DNA of 64,000 nucleotides from a virus (Duplodnaviria > Caudoviricetes): positions 96,001-160,000 of the IMG/VR virus record IMGVR_UViG_3300037067_016777. One strand, written 5' to 3'. Shown one piece after another: positions 1-10,781 of the stretch; the stretch's first letter is position 1; the number at the start of each line of letters is the position of its first letter. The notes under the pieces are model-generated. The model had not been told where the DNA came from. It did no database searches and saw only the letters and a program-made list of their open reading frames with translations. The position numbers were made by a program, and so were the translations under genes.

Positions 1-1003
1 AACAATCGAAAACATAATATCCGATTCGTGTTTGCTCGCCCTCTTTATAGTACTCGACGCCTAATTCGTCTAAGTAGAAATATAACATAGATTGGATTGA
101 AGAAATATGATCAGATTGGGTAGCTCTTACTTTTGCTAACTTTTCTTTTACTTCGTCAGAATTCAAAATTGCTATCATTTTCTTTCTATATTCATCGTTG
201 CTCCAATTGGCTCTGCCTACTTCTACCATATGCTTCCTATAATCTGGATTAGCCCATCTAGCAGTAGAAGCAGCAGCTATTTTCTCTTTTATTTCTGGAG
301 AACTAAAAATTACCTGCATTTTCTCTTTATATTCTATGCTGTCATATATAGCCCCCATCTTTTCTCTATGTTCTTGACTTTCCCAACATGCTATAACTGC
401 AGCAGATAATTTCTCATGAGCCTCTGGCGTATTCATGCCAGCCTTTGTCTTATTGCTATATTCTTCACTCTGCCATAACTCTAATGCTCGTTTTGATAAT
501 TCATCGGCTCTCTTCGTCCAAGTTGTACTATTAGATTCAGTTACTGCTTTGCGAAATTCTGGTGTCTCCCATAGCTTCTTGGTATTCTCACTAACTGATT
601 TGGCTATTTGTTGTTTATATTCTTGATTTAACCACTTCTTCTTCATAGAACATGATGAACATGGTCTCGTAGCGTTTGTTTCACTTTCTCCTTTCTTTTT
701 TCCTTGTGCATATCTCCTGCCGATAAGACGCTCAATACCGCAAACAGGACACTTAACAGATACTTTTGTAGGTTTTTTGGTGGGTTTAGGAAGCGAACTG
801 ATAATTTTTTGTCTGTATTCTGGTTCTTCCCACTTCTTTTTGGATGATCTACTTAATCCCTCGCAGTTCTTTGCGCGTATTTCTGGATCGGTCCACCGCT
901 TTTTTAGAGAACACGATGCACAAGGGCGATTTTTATTTCTAGATTGTGCATATTTCTTGCATACTTCTCTCGATTCGCCACAGATTGGACAAGTGATTTG
1001 CAT
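1..1003 (-). CDS. Homing-endonuclease-like protein with Zn-ribbons, NUMOD3-like W-x-x-x-E-Y-R-x-K repeats and the start of a PD-(D/E)xK/DUF559-like nuclease; truncated at window start
   Basis: Not in the ORF track because it runs off the edge. Translated by hand: MQITCPICGE...CPVCG...CSSC, repeated WEEPEYRQK/WANPDYRK/WSNDEYRKK, ending in ...IGYYVFDC at position 1. Confidence 0.7.
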   Translation of the reverse strand, partial: MQITCPICGESREVCKKYAQSRNKNRPCASCSLKKRWTDPEIRAKNCEGLSRSSKKKWEEPEYRQKIISSLPKPTKKPTKVSVKCPVCGIERLIGRRYAQGKKKGESETNATRPCSSCSMKKKWLNQEYKQQIAKSVSENTKKLWETPEFRKAVTESNSTTWTKRADELSKRALELWQSEEYSNKTKAGMNTPEAHEKLSAAVIACWESQEHREKMGAIYDSIEYKEKMQVIFSSPEIKEKIAAASTARWANPDYRKHMVEVGRANWSNDEYRKKMIAILNSDEVKEKLAKVRATQSDHISSIQSMLYFYLDELGVEYYKEGEQTRIGYYVFDC

Positions 1004-1116
1004 ATAACCTCGATGTGATTTTCATATTATTTACTCACATCTGGATATAAAGCGAACGCTTTATAAATATGGCGGTGAAAAATTATGTTATATTTATCAG
1101 ATGAAATGAGGTCGGT

Positions 1117-1524
1117 ATGAGACTATCATCATTATCGTTGTCGGAATCTATTTTTGATGTTTGGGGTCCAGCTGCATCAGCTAGTCTTCACATAAAATCC
1201 GAGCCGCAGGACGATACTAATTGTCTTGTAGCTTATCGTTTATACATACATGGTAAAGTATTTGCTGCATGGGTTGTATCATTGAATGGGCAACATCTAG
1301 GCACTATATCAAGGTTCCCTTCAAGGTTTGGCGTTAGATGGGAAACCAATTTTGCTACTAAATATGATAAGGATGTGAAACCAGGCTTTGTGCAGATTAT
1401 GACTGCACAAAACCGAAAATATCTTGAAGATATGCTAAAGAAAATGACGCACGAAATAGAGGGAGCTTTATCGGCGAGACGTGCTGATGTCGTCAGACTG
1501 CCAATAGATCCAGCTAAGATTTAA
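1117..1524 (+). CDS. Hypothetical protein
   Basis: 135-aa ORF with GAGG before the ATG. Confidence 0.6.
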   Translation: MRLSSLSLSESIFDVWGPAASASLHIKSEPQDDTNCLVAYRLYIHGKVFAAWVVSLNGQHLGTISRFPSRFGVRWETNFATKYDKDVKPGFVQIMTAQNRKYLEDMLKKMTHEIEGALSARRADVVRLPIDPAKI

Positions 1525-1787
1525 GCTCTCGCTTGAGTTGTATCATCTTTCTTTTGTATTTAAATACTATTAAATCGGAGGCTTAGATGGGATATAATTA
1601 TTGTAGAAGCTGTGGCTATACGTATAGTAAACCCGGAGTAGGTCGTATAAAGGATCCCAGTGCTCCGTGGTGGGCTTTCTGGCGAATAGTTGTCTGTCCA
1701 GAGTGTGGTGGTGATGGACTTGCGAAACCACCAGGATGGCCAGATAAAGCGGAGATGGCGAGATTAAGACCACCACCGCCACGAGGG

Positions 1788-1958
1788 TCAGGGGCAATCG
1801 TTCCAGTGCCGCAAAATACCAGCCACTATACATAGATTCGTGATGATGTAGAGCATCACGATGGCTGTTCTGACCGTTGCGACTATATCAGCTTCAAAAT
1901 TAGTTGCACCAGATTTCTCACCTAATGCTTTTGCCCAAATGCGCCACAATTTTCTCAT
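1788..1958 (-). CDS. Small membrane protein of a type common in T4-like phages
   Basis: Below the ORF-track cutoff. Hand translation MRKLWRIWAKALGEKSG...EADIVATVRT...YIITN..IVAGILRHW; overlaps the upstream stop. Confidence 0.65.
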   Translation of the reverse strand: MRKLWRIWAKALGEKSGATNFEADIVATVRTAIVMLYIITNLCIVAGILRHWNDCP

Positions 1959-2203
1959 AGTTCGGCGATTTGCTCTCTGGTGCTAATATCGCTGGAGACA
2001 ACTTTGTGCGGCTTTAGGCCGTCTATCTTAGCGGAATGGCAGAGACGGCACCGGGCACGCCCACAACCACATGGATGCCTCTTTCTAAACTTGCCGAGAG
2101 GTTTGTGGAATTCACTATTGAATTCGTCGACTCTGTTGAGATATCCAACCCAAACCTTCGATTGGCGTTGCATTATATGGCGTTCTTCTTGCCAACGCTT
2201 CAT
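1955..2203 (-). CDS. Small basic Cys-rich hypothetical protein
   Basis: MKRWQEE...CGCGRARCRLCH; ATGA overlap with the upstream stop at 2200-2203. Confidence 0.55.
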   Translation of the reverse strand: MKRWQEERHIMQRQSKVWVGYLNRVDEFNSEFHKPLGKFRKRHPCGCGRARCRLCHSAKIDGLKPHKVVSSDISTREQIAEL

Positions 2204-2463
2204 TTTTTGATTCCTGGTTCGACCTTGAACGTTCCTTGTGGTAGATCGGCGAATCTGCGGTGTCGCTTCCATGAATTGTGCATACTTCCAACTTGCACAT
2301 CAGTTTTCATAGAATGGACTGCTATGACAAGCCATCCGTCATCCCAACCGTCCTGTTTCTTTAGACGGATGATCAGGCCGACTTGAGCGAATTTAGACGG
2401 AATCCACGAAACTTCTCTGCGGCCATCGCTGCGGTGCTCTAGCTCGCACTGATGATAAGTTAT
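2200..2463 (-). CDS. Hypothetical protein with no canonical start codon (ATA at 2463-2461)
   Basis: 87 open codons (TYHQCELEHRSDGRREVSWIPSKFAQVG...GWDDGWLVIAV); its stop overlaps the next ATG. Confidence 0.5.
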   Translation of the reverse strand: MTYHQCELEHRSDGRREVSWIPSKFAQVGLIIRLKKQDGWDDGWLVIAVHSMKTDVQVGSMHNSWKRHRRFADLPQGTFKVEPGIKK

Positions 2464-2472
2464 CGTGTTGAC

Positions 2473-2658
2473 TTACTCGTCCTCCTCATCTGGGTCGTCA
2501 TCTTCGTCCCAATCCTCGTCGTCATCTTCGTCCCAATCTTCGTCGTCGTAGTCATCTTCGTCGTCGTAGTCATCTTCGTCATCTTCGCACTCGTCGTCAT
2601 CAATATCGATATCGTCGTCGAGTTCGTCCGTCACTTTTGGCAGCAATTTCATTAACAT
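2473..2658 (-). CDS. Very acidic small protein (D/E repeats with W/Y)
   Basis: DDEDDYDDEDDYDDEDWDEDDDEDWDE encoded by short tandem repeats; GGAG upstream of the ATG. Confidence 0.6.
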   Translation of the reverse strand: MLMKLLPKVTDELDDDIDIDDDECEDDEDDYDDEDDYDDEDWDEDDDEDWDEDDDPDEEDE

Positions 2659-3268
2659 GGTAAACACTCCGAGATAAATGGTTACTGACTAAAGTTTCAT
2701 TGAAACACAGCTACTTGCGGCAATCAATATCCCTCAAGCGAGCACGTAGATTATTCTCGGCTTCTTCAGGTGTCTTGCCTTCGGCGTTGACAATCCATCT
2801 CTTACCCGGCTCAGTGCGTTCTGCTATCGCACAAAACGGTAGAAATGGTGGGCAACATCTCTGTTGAAATACTCTTATTTCCCAGTGGTGTTCAGCCATC
2901 GGGCTTCCAACTCTTCGAGCTCTTTATGCGTTTTGACCTTGTCGAGATCTAGGAGAAATTGCCCGAATTCAAACACACGCATATTCTTTGCTTTGTCTGA
3001 TTCCGCCCAGTTCCGACGAATATCCGCTTTCCTTGATGAAAGTGTTTTCTCTGCTACCAATCCCATCACGCGATATCCTGCTGCATTTCGACATAAGACG
3101 CTATTCGGTTGTACAACTGCTCTGCTCTAGTCGCCCCGATTCCGGGCGGCAGATTGATGCCGTCTAGAAGCATATGGCACTTGCTGATATACTCCAATTC
3201 GACCATAATCCTGTCGGCGGTCTCACGCCATGGTGTGACGTCAGCCATAACAAACACTCCTTTGTATA

Positions 3269-3532
3269 TTATTTGAGGATCACAAGCTGTTTGAAAACCA
3301 AGATTAGCGGGTTAGCCGTCCTGTCATCTGGGACGATAGAGACGACCAGAAATATCTCTTTCTTTGTGTTCATATAGAGAGTAGCATGAGAGGTTGTGTC
3401 TGTTGGAATTCTGACAGCTACCTCGTCGGGGGGAATCAGTTTTGTGGCATCTGGCCAGTTGATTTGTGAAATGAAGGATAATTTCTTATCTCGAGCCCAT
3501 AGCATGAACTCTGCGTTGGTGAATAACTGCAT
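3269..3532 (-). CDS. Hypothetical protein, one of a run of small leftward ORFs (2711-3532)
   Basis: Chain of abutting small ORFs with GGAG-type RBSs. Confidence 0.5.
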   Translation of the reverse strand: MQLFTNAEFMLWARDKKLSFISQINWPDATKLIPPDEVAVRIPTDTTSHATLYMNTKKEIFLVVSIVPDDRTANPLILVFKQLVILK

Positions 3533-3664
3533 ACTTCTCTCCGCTTTTCTCTGCGTTTCTTTGTTGCTCTGGCTTCGGACGCCTCGCTGTATCTACCGGG
3601 CGCAAGAGGCCAAAGAAAACATACCGGAACGTATCCGAAGCTTAAATACGTCGTCTTTGGTCGC

Positions 3665-3715
3665 TTTATAGCACCAGTTAACAGAACGCTTAACTCGTGC
3701 TATAATTCATAGGAG
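3665..3715. promoter_or_regulatory. Putative divergent extended -10 (TGnTATAAT-type) promoters
   Basis: TGCTATAAT at 3698-3706 (+) followed by AGGAG; GTGCTATAAA on the - strand at 3665-3674; the region lies between divergent gene blocks. Confidence 0.45.
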
Positions 3716-4814
3716 AGATTATGGACTTCTGGTAATATGTATTTCACTACCTGTGACTACAGGGGATCGAACAAGTACAAACAATCCAGGATTACGATGA
3801 GCAGCAAGAAAGCACGGCAGAATAAAAAAGAGCAAGCAAAGGACAAAACCTTGGCATACAAAGTCTTGAAAGCTTCCCAAATTGAGCAGCCAGTCACACC
3901 GGAGAAGCAAGCCTATCTCGACCGGTGCGAAAAGCGCAAAAAAGTGTTGGAGAAACTCGCGAAACGCCGACCTATTGAGAAGGTCAGGACCTATGCACCA
4001 CCAGTTAAGGGTGAGGCACCGTTCGCCTATATGGTCGAGAGAGGGCCGAAAAAAAGTGAGCAAGAAAACCCAACAGAGTGATGCTGATTGGGCGACTGAT
4101 TGTAAAGGTCACGTTATGGCTGCGAATAAATGGTATGTTATTGAAACGGCCTGCTACCCCAATTCATGGAAGGTTGTCAACGACTATTATCGTCCAGATA
4201 ATGCGACTTGTGAGTATTTTCCGAGCTATAGTAAAGCTCAGGACGAAGCCGACGAACGAAATAAGCGCGAACTGACTTTTGCAGAAGCTATTGAGGCTAT
4301 CGAGAGGGGTTATCACAAGGTTGCACGACATGTTATGCCCACGCTGCGCTAGTAGGCTGCGTCAACTACCTGATGGGTCTATGCTGTGTTGGAAGTGCGA
4401 ATTGCATCGCAAACCGGCAGACAAAGTACTTGTAAGGCCAGATACGCAACATTGGATCATTAAGCGTAACTTGGCTCGTGTATCGCCAGGTAGTGAAGTT
4501 GAAATACACACATGTGGTTATGTGTTATCTGGTGCCTTCGGTGCGTTCAAGGGATCTGTTGATTTAGCATTGAAATCTAAAACAGGATTTGTGATCGCTA
4601 CGTCAAAGGACATTGAAGACTTAGCTTTGCTGATCGTTGAAAACGATTGGTACGCAGAAGGCCCTGAATCATTGCTTGCTGCAATAGATATACTCTCGTA
4701 GTATTAAAAGCCACAACTTCATTCTGGGTCACTCTAGACCCATATTAATTGCAAACTTTATATGTGGTTAGACACATTTTTAATTGACTAACATATTCTA
4801 ACTGGGGTATTCAG

Positions 4815-5579
4815 ATGGCACCTGCGAGCAAACACGAAGATTGCCCATTCAAAGACATAGTATTTTCCGATAAACCAGCTGCAGCCGTAGAGCCAGATCA
4901 TAGAATGGATACACGCGTTGGGCGATTAGAGGGTGTTGTTGAATCGCTGACTCGCGATATTCAAGAAGTTTCCCAAAATATTAGTATGATGGGAAAGGAA
5001 ATGGGAAGCTTCAGGGAGATGATTGGCGACACCCTCACAAGAATGCGAGAGGGATTCACCGCTCAAATCGAATCAGTTACCGATCGCCTCACTACCTCTG
5101 CTAAACCGCAATGGCAAAGTATTTTCGCTTTTGTGGCTATGGGCCTTACTGTGTTAGGTATGGCGGGTGCTGTTGTTGGAATGTTATTTAGCGGCCAGGC
5201 AGCCAATGTAGATCGCCTACAAAACGATACAGCTATTATTACTGAAAGGATGTTCGCATCTCAATATGAAAAAGGTAAAGCAGACGCCTTTGCTGCTGAG
5301 ACCAGCAGTCATTTAATCAAGTTGGACACAACTCTCCAACGAGAGATGGCTCTAATGCAACAAACTACTGATTCTAAGATAACATCTACTGATAATAATG
5401 TAAATGGATATATCGACAAAGTCCAAGAAGCCTTAAAGGATTTTCGCGCTTGGCGTTTGGAGCATGCGTCAGAAGGTGCAAAGATTGACGCTACATTAGC
5501 AGCAAAACAAGAAATAGTGTTTGAAAGATTGAAAAATTTAGAGAATAAAATAGATCTTTCAAACCAAAAAGCAAAATAA
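4815..5579 (+). CDS. Coiled-coil membrane protein
   Basis: Heptad-rich segments flank one hydrophobic helix (IFAFVAMGLTVLGMAGAVVGMLF). Confidence 0.6.
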   Translation: MAPASKHEDCPFKDIVFSDKPAAAVEPDHRMDTRVGRLEGVVESLTRDIQEVSQNISMMGKEMGSFREMIGDTLTRMREGFTAQIESVTDRLTTSAKPQWQSIFAFVAMGLTVLGMAGAVVGMLFSGQAANVDRLQNDTAIITERMFASQYEKGKADAFAAETSSHLIKLDTTLQREMALMQQTTDSKITSTDNNVNGYIDKVQEALKDFRAWRLEHASEGAKIDATLAAKQEIVFERLKNLENKIDLSNQKAK

Positions 5580-5586
5580 TATCTAT

Positions 5587-6330
5587 TTAGCGACCGTCTC
5601 GCACCTCTAATATCTTCTGTACCATTGGCCAAATTTTAATCTCACTATTTTTGAGGGTTGGCTCGGAAGATAGTTTGTGCAATTCTTGCTCGAACAACGA
5701 TTGATCTATAGCACCATTTCGCCAAGAATCTACTAATTTATAGAGCTTAGGCATTATCGAACCATTTATATCTTGGTGCTCGATTAATCTAATGTCCGCC
5801 TTACGTCCTTCTAATTCCTTCACGCTTCTGCTTGGCCTATGCCGAATTCTTGTATCAAAATCCGGAAGATCTGGCTCTTCTATATTACTATCTGGAATTT
5901 GTGTAGTGTTTTCTGGATCGTCTGAAATTTGTGCATTTGTTAAGGGGCTGAAATCTATTGGCTGCTGCTGACCATCATCACTTATTGCCGGTTTAGTTAT
6001 ACCATCTATTTGATCGTCGCCAAAATCATCCCAATCACCAGGCAATATATTCAGAACGTATCCTTCAGTTATTGCAGGAATCCAATAATTGCCATCTTTA
6101 TCAGAATACTCATGAAACATATATAATTTATCTGAATTTAATAGATCTAAAAATTCGTAATATTCAACAATGACATTTTGTTCTTTGCAAAATGTCGAGA
6201 ATGATTCATAGTAAATATTATTATTGTTTGATATGAATTGTCGGAGCAATTGCTCCGGTGATATATCAAAGGAATCAGTAATTAGCGATGCGATAGTCTT
6301 TGGATTATTCAAGGTTGCGTCTCCTATCAA
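5587..6330 (-). CDS. Hypothetical acidic protein
   Basis: 247-aa ORF; start uncertain. Confidence 0.55.
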   Translation of the reverse strand: MIGDATLNNPKTIASLITDSFDISPEQLLRQFISNNNNIYYESFSTFCKEQNVIVEYYEFLDLLNSDKLYMFHEYSDKDGNYWIPAITEGYVLNILPGDWDDFGDDQIDGITKPAISDDGQQQPIDFSPLTNAQISDDPENTTQIPDSNIEEPDLPDFDTRIRHRPSRSVKELEGRKADIRLIEHQDINGSIMPKLYKLVDSWRNGAIDQSLFEQELHKLSSEPTLKNSEIKIWPMVQKILEVRDGR

Positions 6331-6616
6331 TATATTTTAGCAAAAGATATTGATGAGGTAATAATGGCAGATATACTCACTAATGTAAATTCATTTCTAG
6401 CAGATCTTATGACTCGTCGTGGAGCCATAACGGCATCAGGGAATGCAAATCGTTTGGGTATTGAGCTAAACGGTGGTCGAATTATTGAAATGACACCGTT
6501 TGAACCTGATGCTGCGACTTATCGCAATTGGTATTATTATAATACTATGAGTAATGTATTGATGCGCAAAATAATTGTTAGCTCAAAGCCTGTGGTGGTT
6601 GCTTATTGGAAGCAAA

Positions 6617-7345
6617 TCAGCAATTAGTTCTCGTCCACGGCCAAGTTCTAATATACTCTTCAAGTTCTCGGCGATTCATCGCATTAACTTTCTCAGATTC
6701 TAGTTTGTTTTGAGCATAGTGTGGATTCTCTATACCAGAGTCTTTATTTCTAGGATGTTCCGCGTGATAAAGAACACCATCGATCCTACCTATCTTATAT
6801 CCTAATGTAGTCCAGCGACTAAATCGCTCAATATCTTCACATCCCCAAGAAACGCAATTTTCGTTCTCCATACCAGCATCAATAAATGCCGATCTACGAC
6901 ACAAGATACTACCACCGAGAGATGTTAGTAATTCTTCACCACCCCATGCTATTGGAGGTTCAGAGTACCTGGTAGCCCATCGCCAAATAGTATATGGATA
7001 ACAAAAGTCGAGCGAGCAATCCAACATCTGATCTTTAGCATTGTTGAATTGTTGTTGGGCAATAAAAACATCAACGTCATGTAATACTACGATCGAGCAG
7101 TCTACAGCCATTAAGGCCATTTGATTTAGAAGCCGCGTGCGATGGAATATACCAGATTGTATGAATTGATAATGGATCTTATCAATTAAACTGTCAATTA
7201 CTTCTGGTGCCTTTTGGGTTGTATCGCATTCATATAGATATACTACTGCATCGAATGATAATAGATAATGTAATTGATCAAGAAGATTTCGTTCGCGTTC
7301 TGGGCATTCGATTGATATAGGTATTAAAAAAGCAATATTCTTCAT
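6617..7345 (-). CDS. Glycosyltransferase (GT2/GT7-like)
   Basis: FHRTRLLN, HDVD (DxD), GMENE..WGCEDIE and YHAEH motifs. Confidence 0.8.
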   Translation of the reverse strand: MKNIAFLIPISIECPERERNLLDQLHYLLSFDAVVYLYECDTTQKAPEVIDSLIDKIHYQFIQSGIFHRTRLLNQMALMAVDCSIVVLHDVDVFIAQQQFNNAKDQMLDCSLDFCYPYTIWRWATRYSEPPIAWGGEELLTSLGGSILCRRSAFIDAGMENENCVSWGCEDIERFSRWTTLGYKIGRIDGVLYHAEHPRNKDSGIENPHYAQNKLESEKVNAMNRRELEEYIRTWPWTRTNC

Positions 7346-7959
7346 AACTCGGGCACTGGATTGGCTACTACACCACGGCTTGGGGCTACATCTGGCCGCA
7401 TATGGTGCCCTATTACAACGTCATTTGTGTTATATCCAGAATATATAGCTACATTGTATGAATTCGGCAACATGACCATGCGTGGTCGGCTATGAGGAGA
7501 TGAAGTATATAATTTATGTAATGCTACTTCATCTACATCTTGTCCTGTGCGTTGTTTCCATAATTCAATGAATGGAAGAGCACTTGGTGTGAAGTATAAT
7601 GTCCCCGTTAACCAATGACCAGTCACAGACGCTAATGCCATCTCACAATTGATATTCTCAAATATGTTCGGATACGCAAATATTTCAGCATCAGCGTCAA
7701 GCCAAAGTAGCGGCCGGTTTAGTTTTTTCAATAGCTGTTGAATGACGACTATTTTTGTTGCACAACCAGCATCCCACCCACCTTGTGGTTCTAATGGTAA
7801 AACTAAATGCGATAAATCGAATTTTATGCAACTACGCACTAGTCGTGTCGCACACCGTTTATAGTAATCACCAAGATGACTTGATATAGTATAGGCAGTA
7901 ACTATTAATGGAAATTTTCTCTTGGCGGACAGCGTGTCGATCATGGTATCAAAAATCAT
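7342..7959 (-). CDS. GT-A nucleotide-diphospho-sugar transferase-like protein
   Basis: K...I...L then LLWLDADA (DxD), TGTLYF, DE..L and LP.SYN. Confidence 0.7.
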   Translation of the reverse strand: MIFDTMIDTLSAKRKFPLIVTAYTISSHLGDYYKRCATRLVRSCIKFDLSHLVLPLEPQGGWDAGCATKIVVIQQLLKKLNRPLLWLDADAEIFAYPNIFENINCEMALASVTGHWLTGTLYFTPSALPFIELWKQRTGQDVDEVALHKLYTSSPHSRPRMVMLPNSYNVAIYSGYNTNDVVIGHHMRPDVAPSRGVVANPVPEL

Positions 7960-7967
7960 CTAGTAAT

Positions 7968-8588
7968 ATGCAAAACTTCTTCGACCATATTTACGTATTA
8001 AATTTGGATAGACGCCCAGACAGGTGGGCTAATATCCAAAAGCAGCTTGGGCAAGTTTGCGTTTCAAAAGCTATCCGGTTTTCTGCAATTGATAAGAAAC
8101 CAGGTTGGATTGGGTGTTTCGATTCACATTTGGCGATGCTCCAAAAGGCTCTTGATGCTAAAGCGCGGAATGTTCTTATCCTAGAAGATGATGCAGAATT
8201 GTATACAGACTGGACATCTATCTGGCAAGCTAGTAGCAGACAAATCAATCCAGACTGGGATATGTTGTATCTTGGGTATAACTTGAATCCAGAAGCTAAT
8301 ATACCGCCGCCGTTTATTACGCCTAATCTATTGCACTTAAACGATGCTCTCACAACGCATGCATATGCTGTGAATGGTAAGTGCCTCGAAGGTTTGGTAC
8401 GACATATAATGGCATATATCGGCCAGAATACTCCAATCGATCTTGTTTACAATAAACTCTTTGGCCAAATCAAAGCGTATGGTGTATACCCAATGCTCTT
8501 CTATCAGGCAGTTGGATTTTCTGACATATTAGGATGCGAGTCTAATTTTAATTTTAGACAGAACGTTGATCATGTACTAAATAAATAA
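7968..8588 (+). CDS. GT25 glycosyltransferase
   Basis: YVLNLDRRPDRW, GCFDSH, LILEDDA, WDMLYLG and TTHAYAV; likely start MQNFF at 7968. Confidence 0.85.
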   Translation: MQNFFDHIYVLNLDRRPDRWANIQKQLGQVCVSKAIRFSAIDKKPGWIGCFDSHLAMLQKALDAKARNVLILEDDAELYTDWTSIWQASSRQINPDWDMLYLGYNLNPEANIPPPFITPNLLHLNDALTTHAYAVNGKCLEGLVRHIMAYIGQNTPIDLVYNKLFGQIKAYGVYPMLFYQAVGFSDILGCESNFNFRQNVDHVLNK

Positions 8589-9397
8589 GGATAATGTTCA
8601 AATATCCAATCCTCGGCAACGCGATATTGACGTTGCTTATAGAAATTATCTTGTATTTGCCGCACACGATTATTATATAATGCAGGTGAGAGATTGGCTA
8701 TAATTTTGTTTAATTCATCTAGATTATCAAATGCCAAGATGCCGCCAGCGTCAAAATATTGTCCGATGTTTTTTGTGCCCCAGTAAATCGGAATGGTACC
8801 AACAGCGAAGCAATCAATCAGCTTCTCTGTAAAATAGTCGTCGATTTGTGAGTTTTCAACAATAACCGAAAACATAAAATCAAGTAATGCTTCTTCTTTG
8901 TACTCTAATATCTTATATTGAGAGCCAAAAGTAGCTATCTCCGGATGGTGACTAACAATCGCATGCCGTAGTTGATGTCCAGGTAATTGCGTTTTATCTG
9001 ACACTATAATTGAAACTAATTGTTTCTTTTCATGCACACCGACAATCGACTGACGATTGCGCTGATCTCCTGGCCCTTGCATCCAGCAACCACCATATGG
9101 ATAAAACAGTATCTTACTTCCATCAACTAATCGTCGATCGTATGTCAAAATATAGTCGAATCGCTCTAAGTGCTTTTGTACATAATCATAAGTTGTTGGA
9201 TTTATAGTTGGAGGTTCCAATAACCAAGCTATCTTTTTATCTGATTGCACATTTACGACATCATTGAGACAAAGGTCTGTAAAGAAACAAATTTTATTCT
9301 GTCCAGTTCGACACCAGTTGAAATATTTCGGCACATTCCATCCGCTCGACGAAAAGACATGAGCAAAATTAGCATCACGTAAACCAATTTGAAGCAT
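8570..9397 (-). CDS. GT10-like (alpha-1,3-fucosyltransferase-like) glycosyltransferase
   Basis: FSVIVENS..DYFTEKLIDCF..GTIPIYWG motif. Confidence 0.8.
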   Translation of the reverse strand: MLQIGLRDANFAHVFSSSGWNVPKYFNWCRTGQNKICFFTDLCLNDVVNVQSDKKIAWLLEPPTINPTTYDYVQKHLERFDYILTYDRRLVDGSKILFYPYGGCWMQGPGDQRNRQSIVGVHEKKQLVSIIVSDKTQLPGHQLRHAIVSHHPEIATFGSQYKILEYKEEALLDFMFSVIVENSQIDDYFTEKLIDCFAVGTIPIYWGTKNIGQYFDAGGILAFDNLDELNKIIANLSPALYNNRVRQIQDNFYKQRQYRVAEDWIFEHYPYLFST

Positions 9398-10127
9398 GGC
9401 AAACTCAACTGTCGGTGTGTCTTTTGTTGGCGGATTTGGCAATCAGCTTTTTCAATATGCGTTTGCGCGTGCCTATGCAGAAGCACACCACGCATCTTTG
9501 CGAACACCAGGCTGGATTGGCCAAAAGATATTTGCGTTATCAGATCCGCCACTAACATCGAGTATGCCTAGTTCTGGATTTGACGAGATCCCTAACGGTC
9601 GAGTCAATGTGGTGTTAAATGGTTATTTTCAATTCCAAACCGCGATTGATTATATGTCGCGATCTAAACTAAAGTCTTGGTTTCGATTACAAAATAATTG
9701 GAAGCAGAGATTTACGTCGCGCCTTCCAATAGCGGCACACATACGGCGCGGCGACTACATCGGTCTAGGTGGTGTTTTTTGTTTAATCAATGAATCTTCT
9801 TATGTCGATGCGTGTAATAAGTTTGGTTTTGGTACTAATATTACTTGGATTCAGGAAGGCAATCGGACCCCACCACAGGATCTGATTGATGCGGGCATAC
9901 CATTTTTAGAAGATTTTATGCTACTAATGAATGCAGACGTGCTACTGCGTGCTAATTCTTCTTTTAGTTGGTGGGCTGCTACGTTAGGCAACGGCCGTGT
10001 ATTTAGTCCATTAGTTGAAGATCGTGTAGGCACACAAAATATTGATTTTGTTGAAGGTAATTGGCCTAGAATGGTTGATGGTCGTAATTGTAGAACCAAT
10101 ATTACAGATTTACATTTGAAAGACTAA
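9396..10127 (+). CDS. GT11 alpha-1,2-fucosyltransferase-like protein
   Basis: GGFGNQLFQYA, GYFQ, HIRRGDY and NSSFSWWAA. Confidence 0.85.
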   Translation: MANSTVGVSFVGGFGNQLFQYAFARAYAEAHHASLRTPGWIGQKIFALSDPPLTSSMPSSGFDEIPNGRVNVVLNGYFQFQTAIDYMSRSKLKSWFRLQNNWKQRFTSRLPIAAHIRRGDYIGLGGVFCLINESSYVDACNKFGFGTNITWIQEGNRTPPQDLIDAGIPFLEDFMLLMNADVLLRANSSFSWWAATLGNGRVFSPLVEDRVGTQNIDFVEGNWPRMVDGRNCRTNITDLHLKD

Positions 10128-10128
10128 A

Positions 10129-10764
10129 ATGCCAGACTTTGATCGATGGTCTGCTGATCGTGGCGACGAAATGCTCAGATTCAACTATCAAGTTAAATCG
10201 ACAGATATTATTTTGGATTGCGGTGCATATCATGGCACTTGGAGTCGTCGAATATTTGACCTCTTTCATTGTAAGATTATCGCATTTGAGCCTATAAAGG
10301 CGTATCACGATATGACTGTGCGAACATTAGCTGGCACCAGTGCTGTTGTTTACCACGCTGGCATCGGCTCAACTAATGCTGTTTGCAATATTTCTGTAGA
10401 TGGCGATGCATCAAGCATTATGGCGCATTCAGGGCAACAAGAACAGATAAGTATTATATCGATAGATGACATTATTTGTAATCACTCACTATCGAAGATA
10501 CGCCTCATGAAAATAAATATTGAAGGTGCTGAATATGATTTGTTGGATTATATGATTAATACTGCAATAGTTGATCGCATCGAAGACATACAAGTGCAAT
10601 TTCATTCTTTTGTTACAAATTCGGCAGATAGACGCCAGCGAATCAGAGATCGTTTACAGAAAACGCATCATCTGACATATGACTACGAATTTGTTTGGGA
10701 GAATTGGCGACTACATAGTATAAAAGCAAACACCACAGCAGATGTGGAAAAGATAACTACCTAA
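10129..10764 (+). CDS. FkbM-family methyltransferase
   Basis: LDCGAYHG, AFEP, MKINIEGAEY and QVQFH. Confidence 0.85.
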   Translation: MPDFDRWSADRGDEMLRFNYQVKSTDIILDCGAYHGTWSRRIFDLFHCKIIAFEPIKAYHDMTVRTLAGTSAVVYHAGIGSTNAVCNISVDGDASSIMAHSGQQEQISIISIDDIICNHSLSKIRLMKINIEGAEYDLLDYMINTAIVDRIEDIQVQFHSFVTNSADRRQRIRDRLQKTHHLTYDYEFVWENWRLHSIKANTTADVEKITT

Positions 10765-10781
10765 AACAAGCATCTTGAGAG

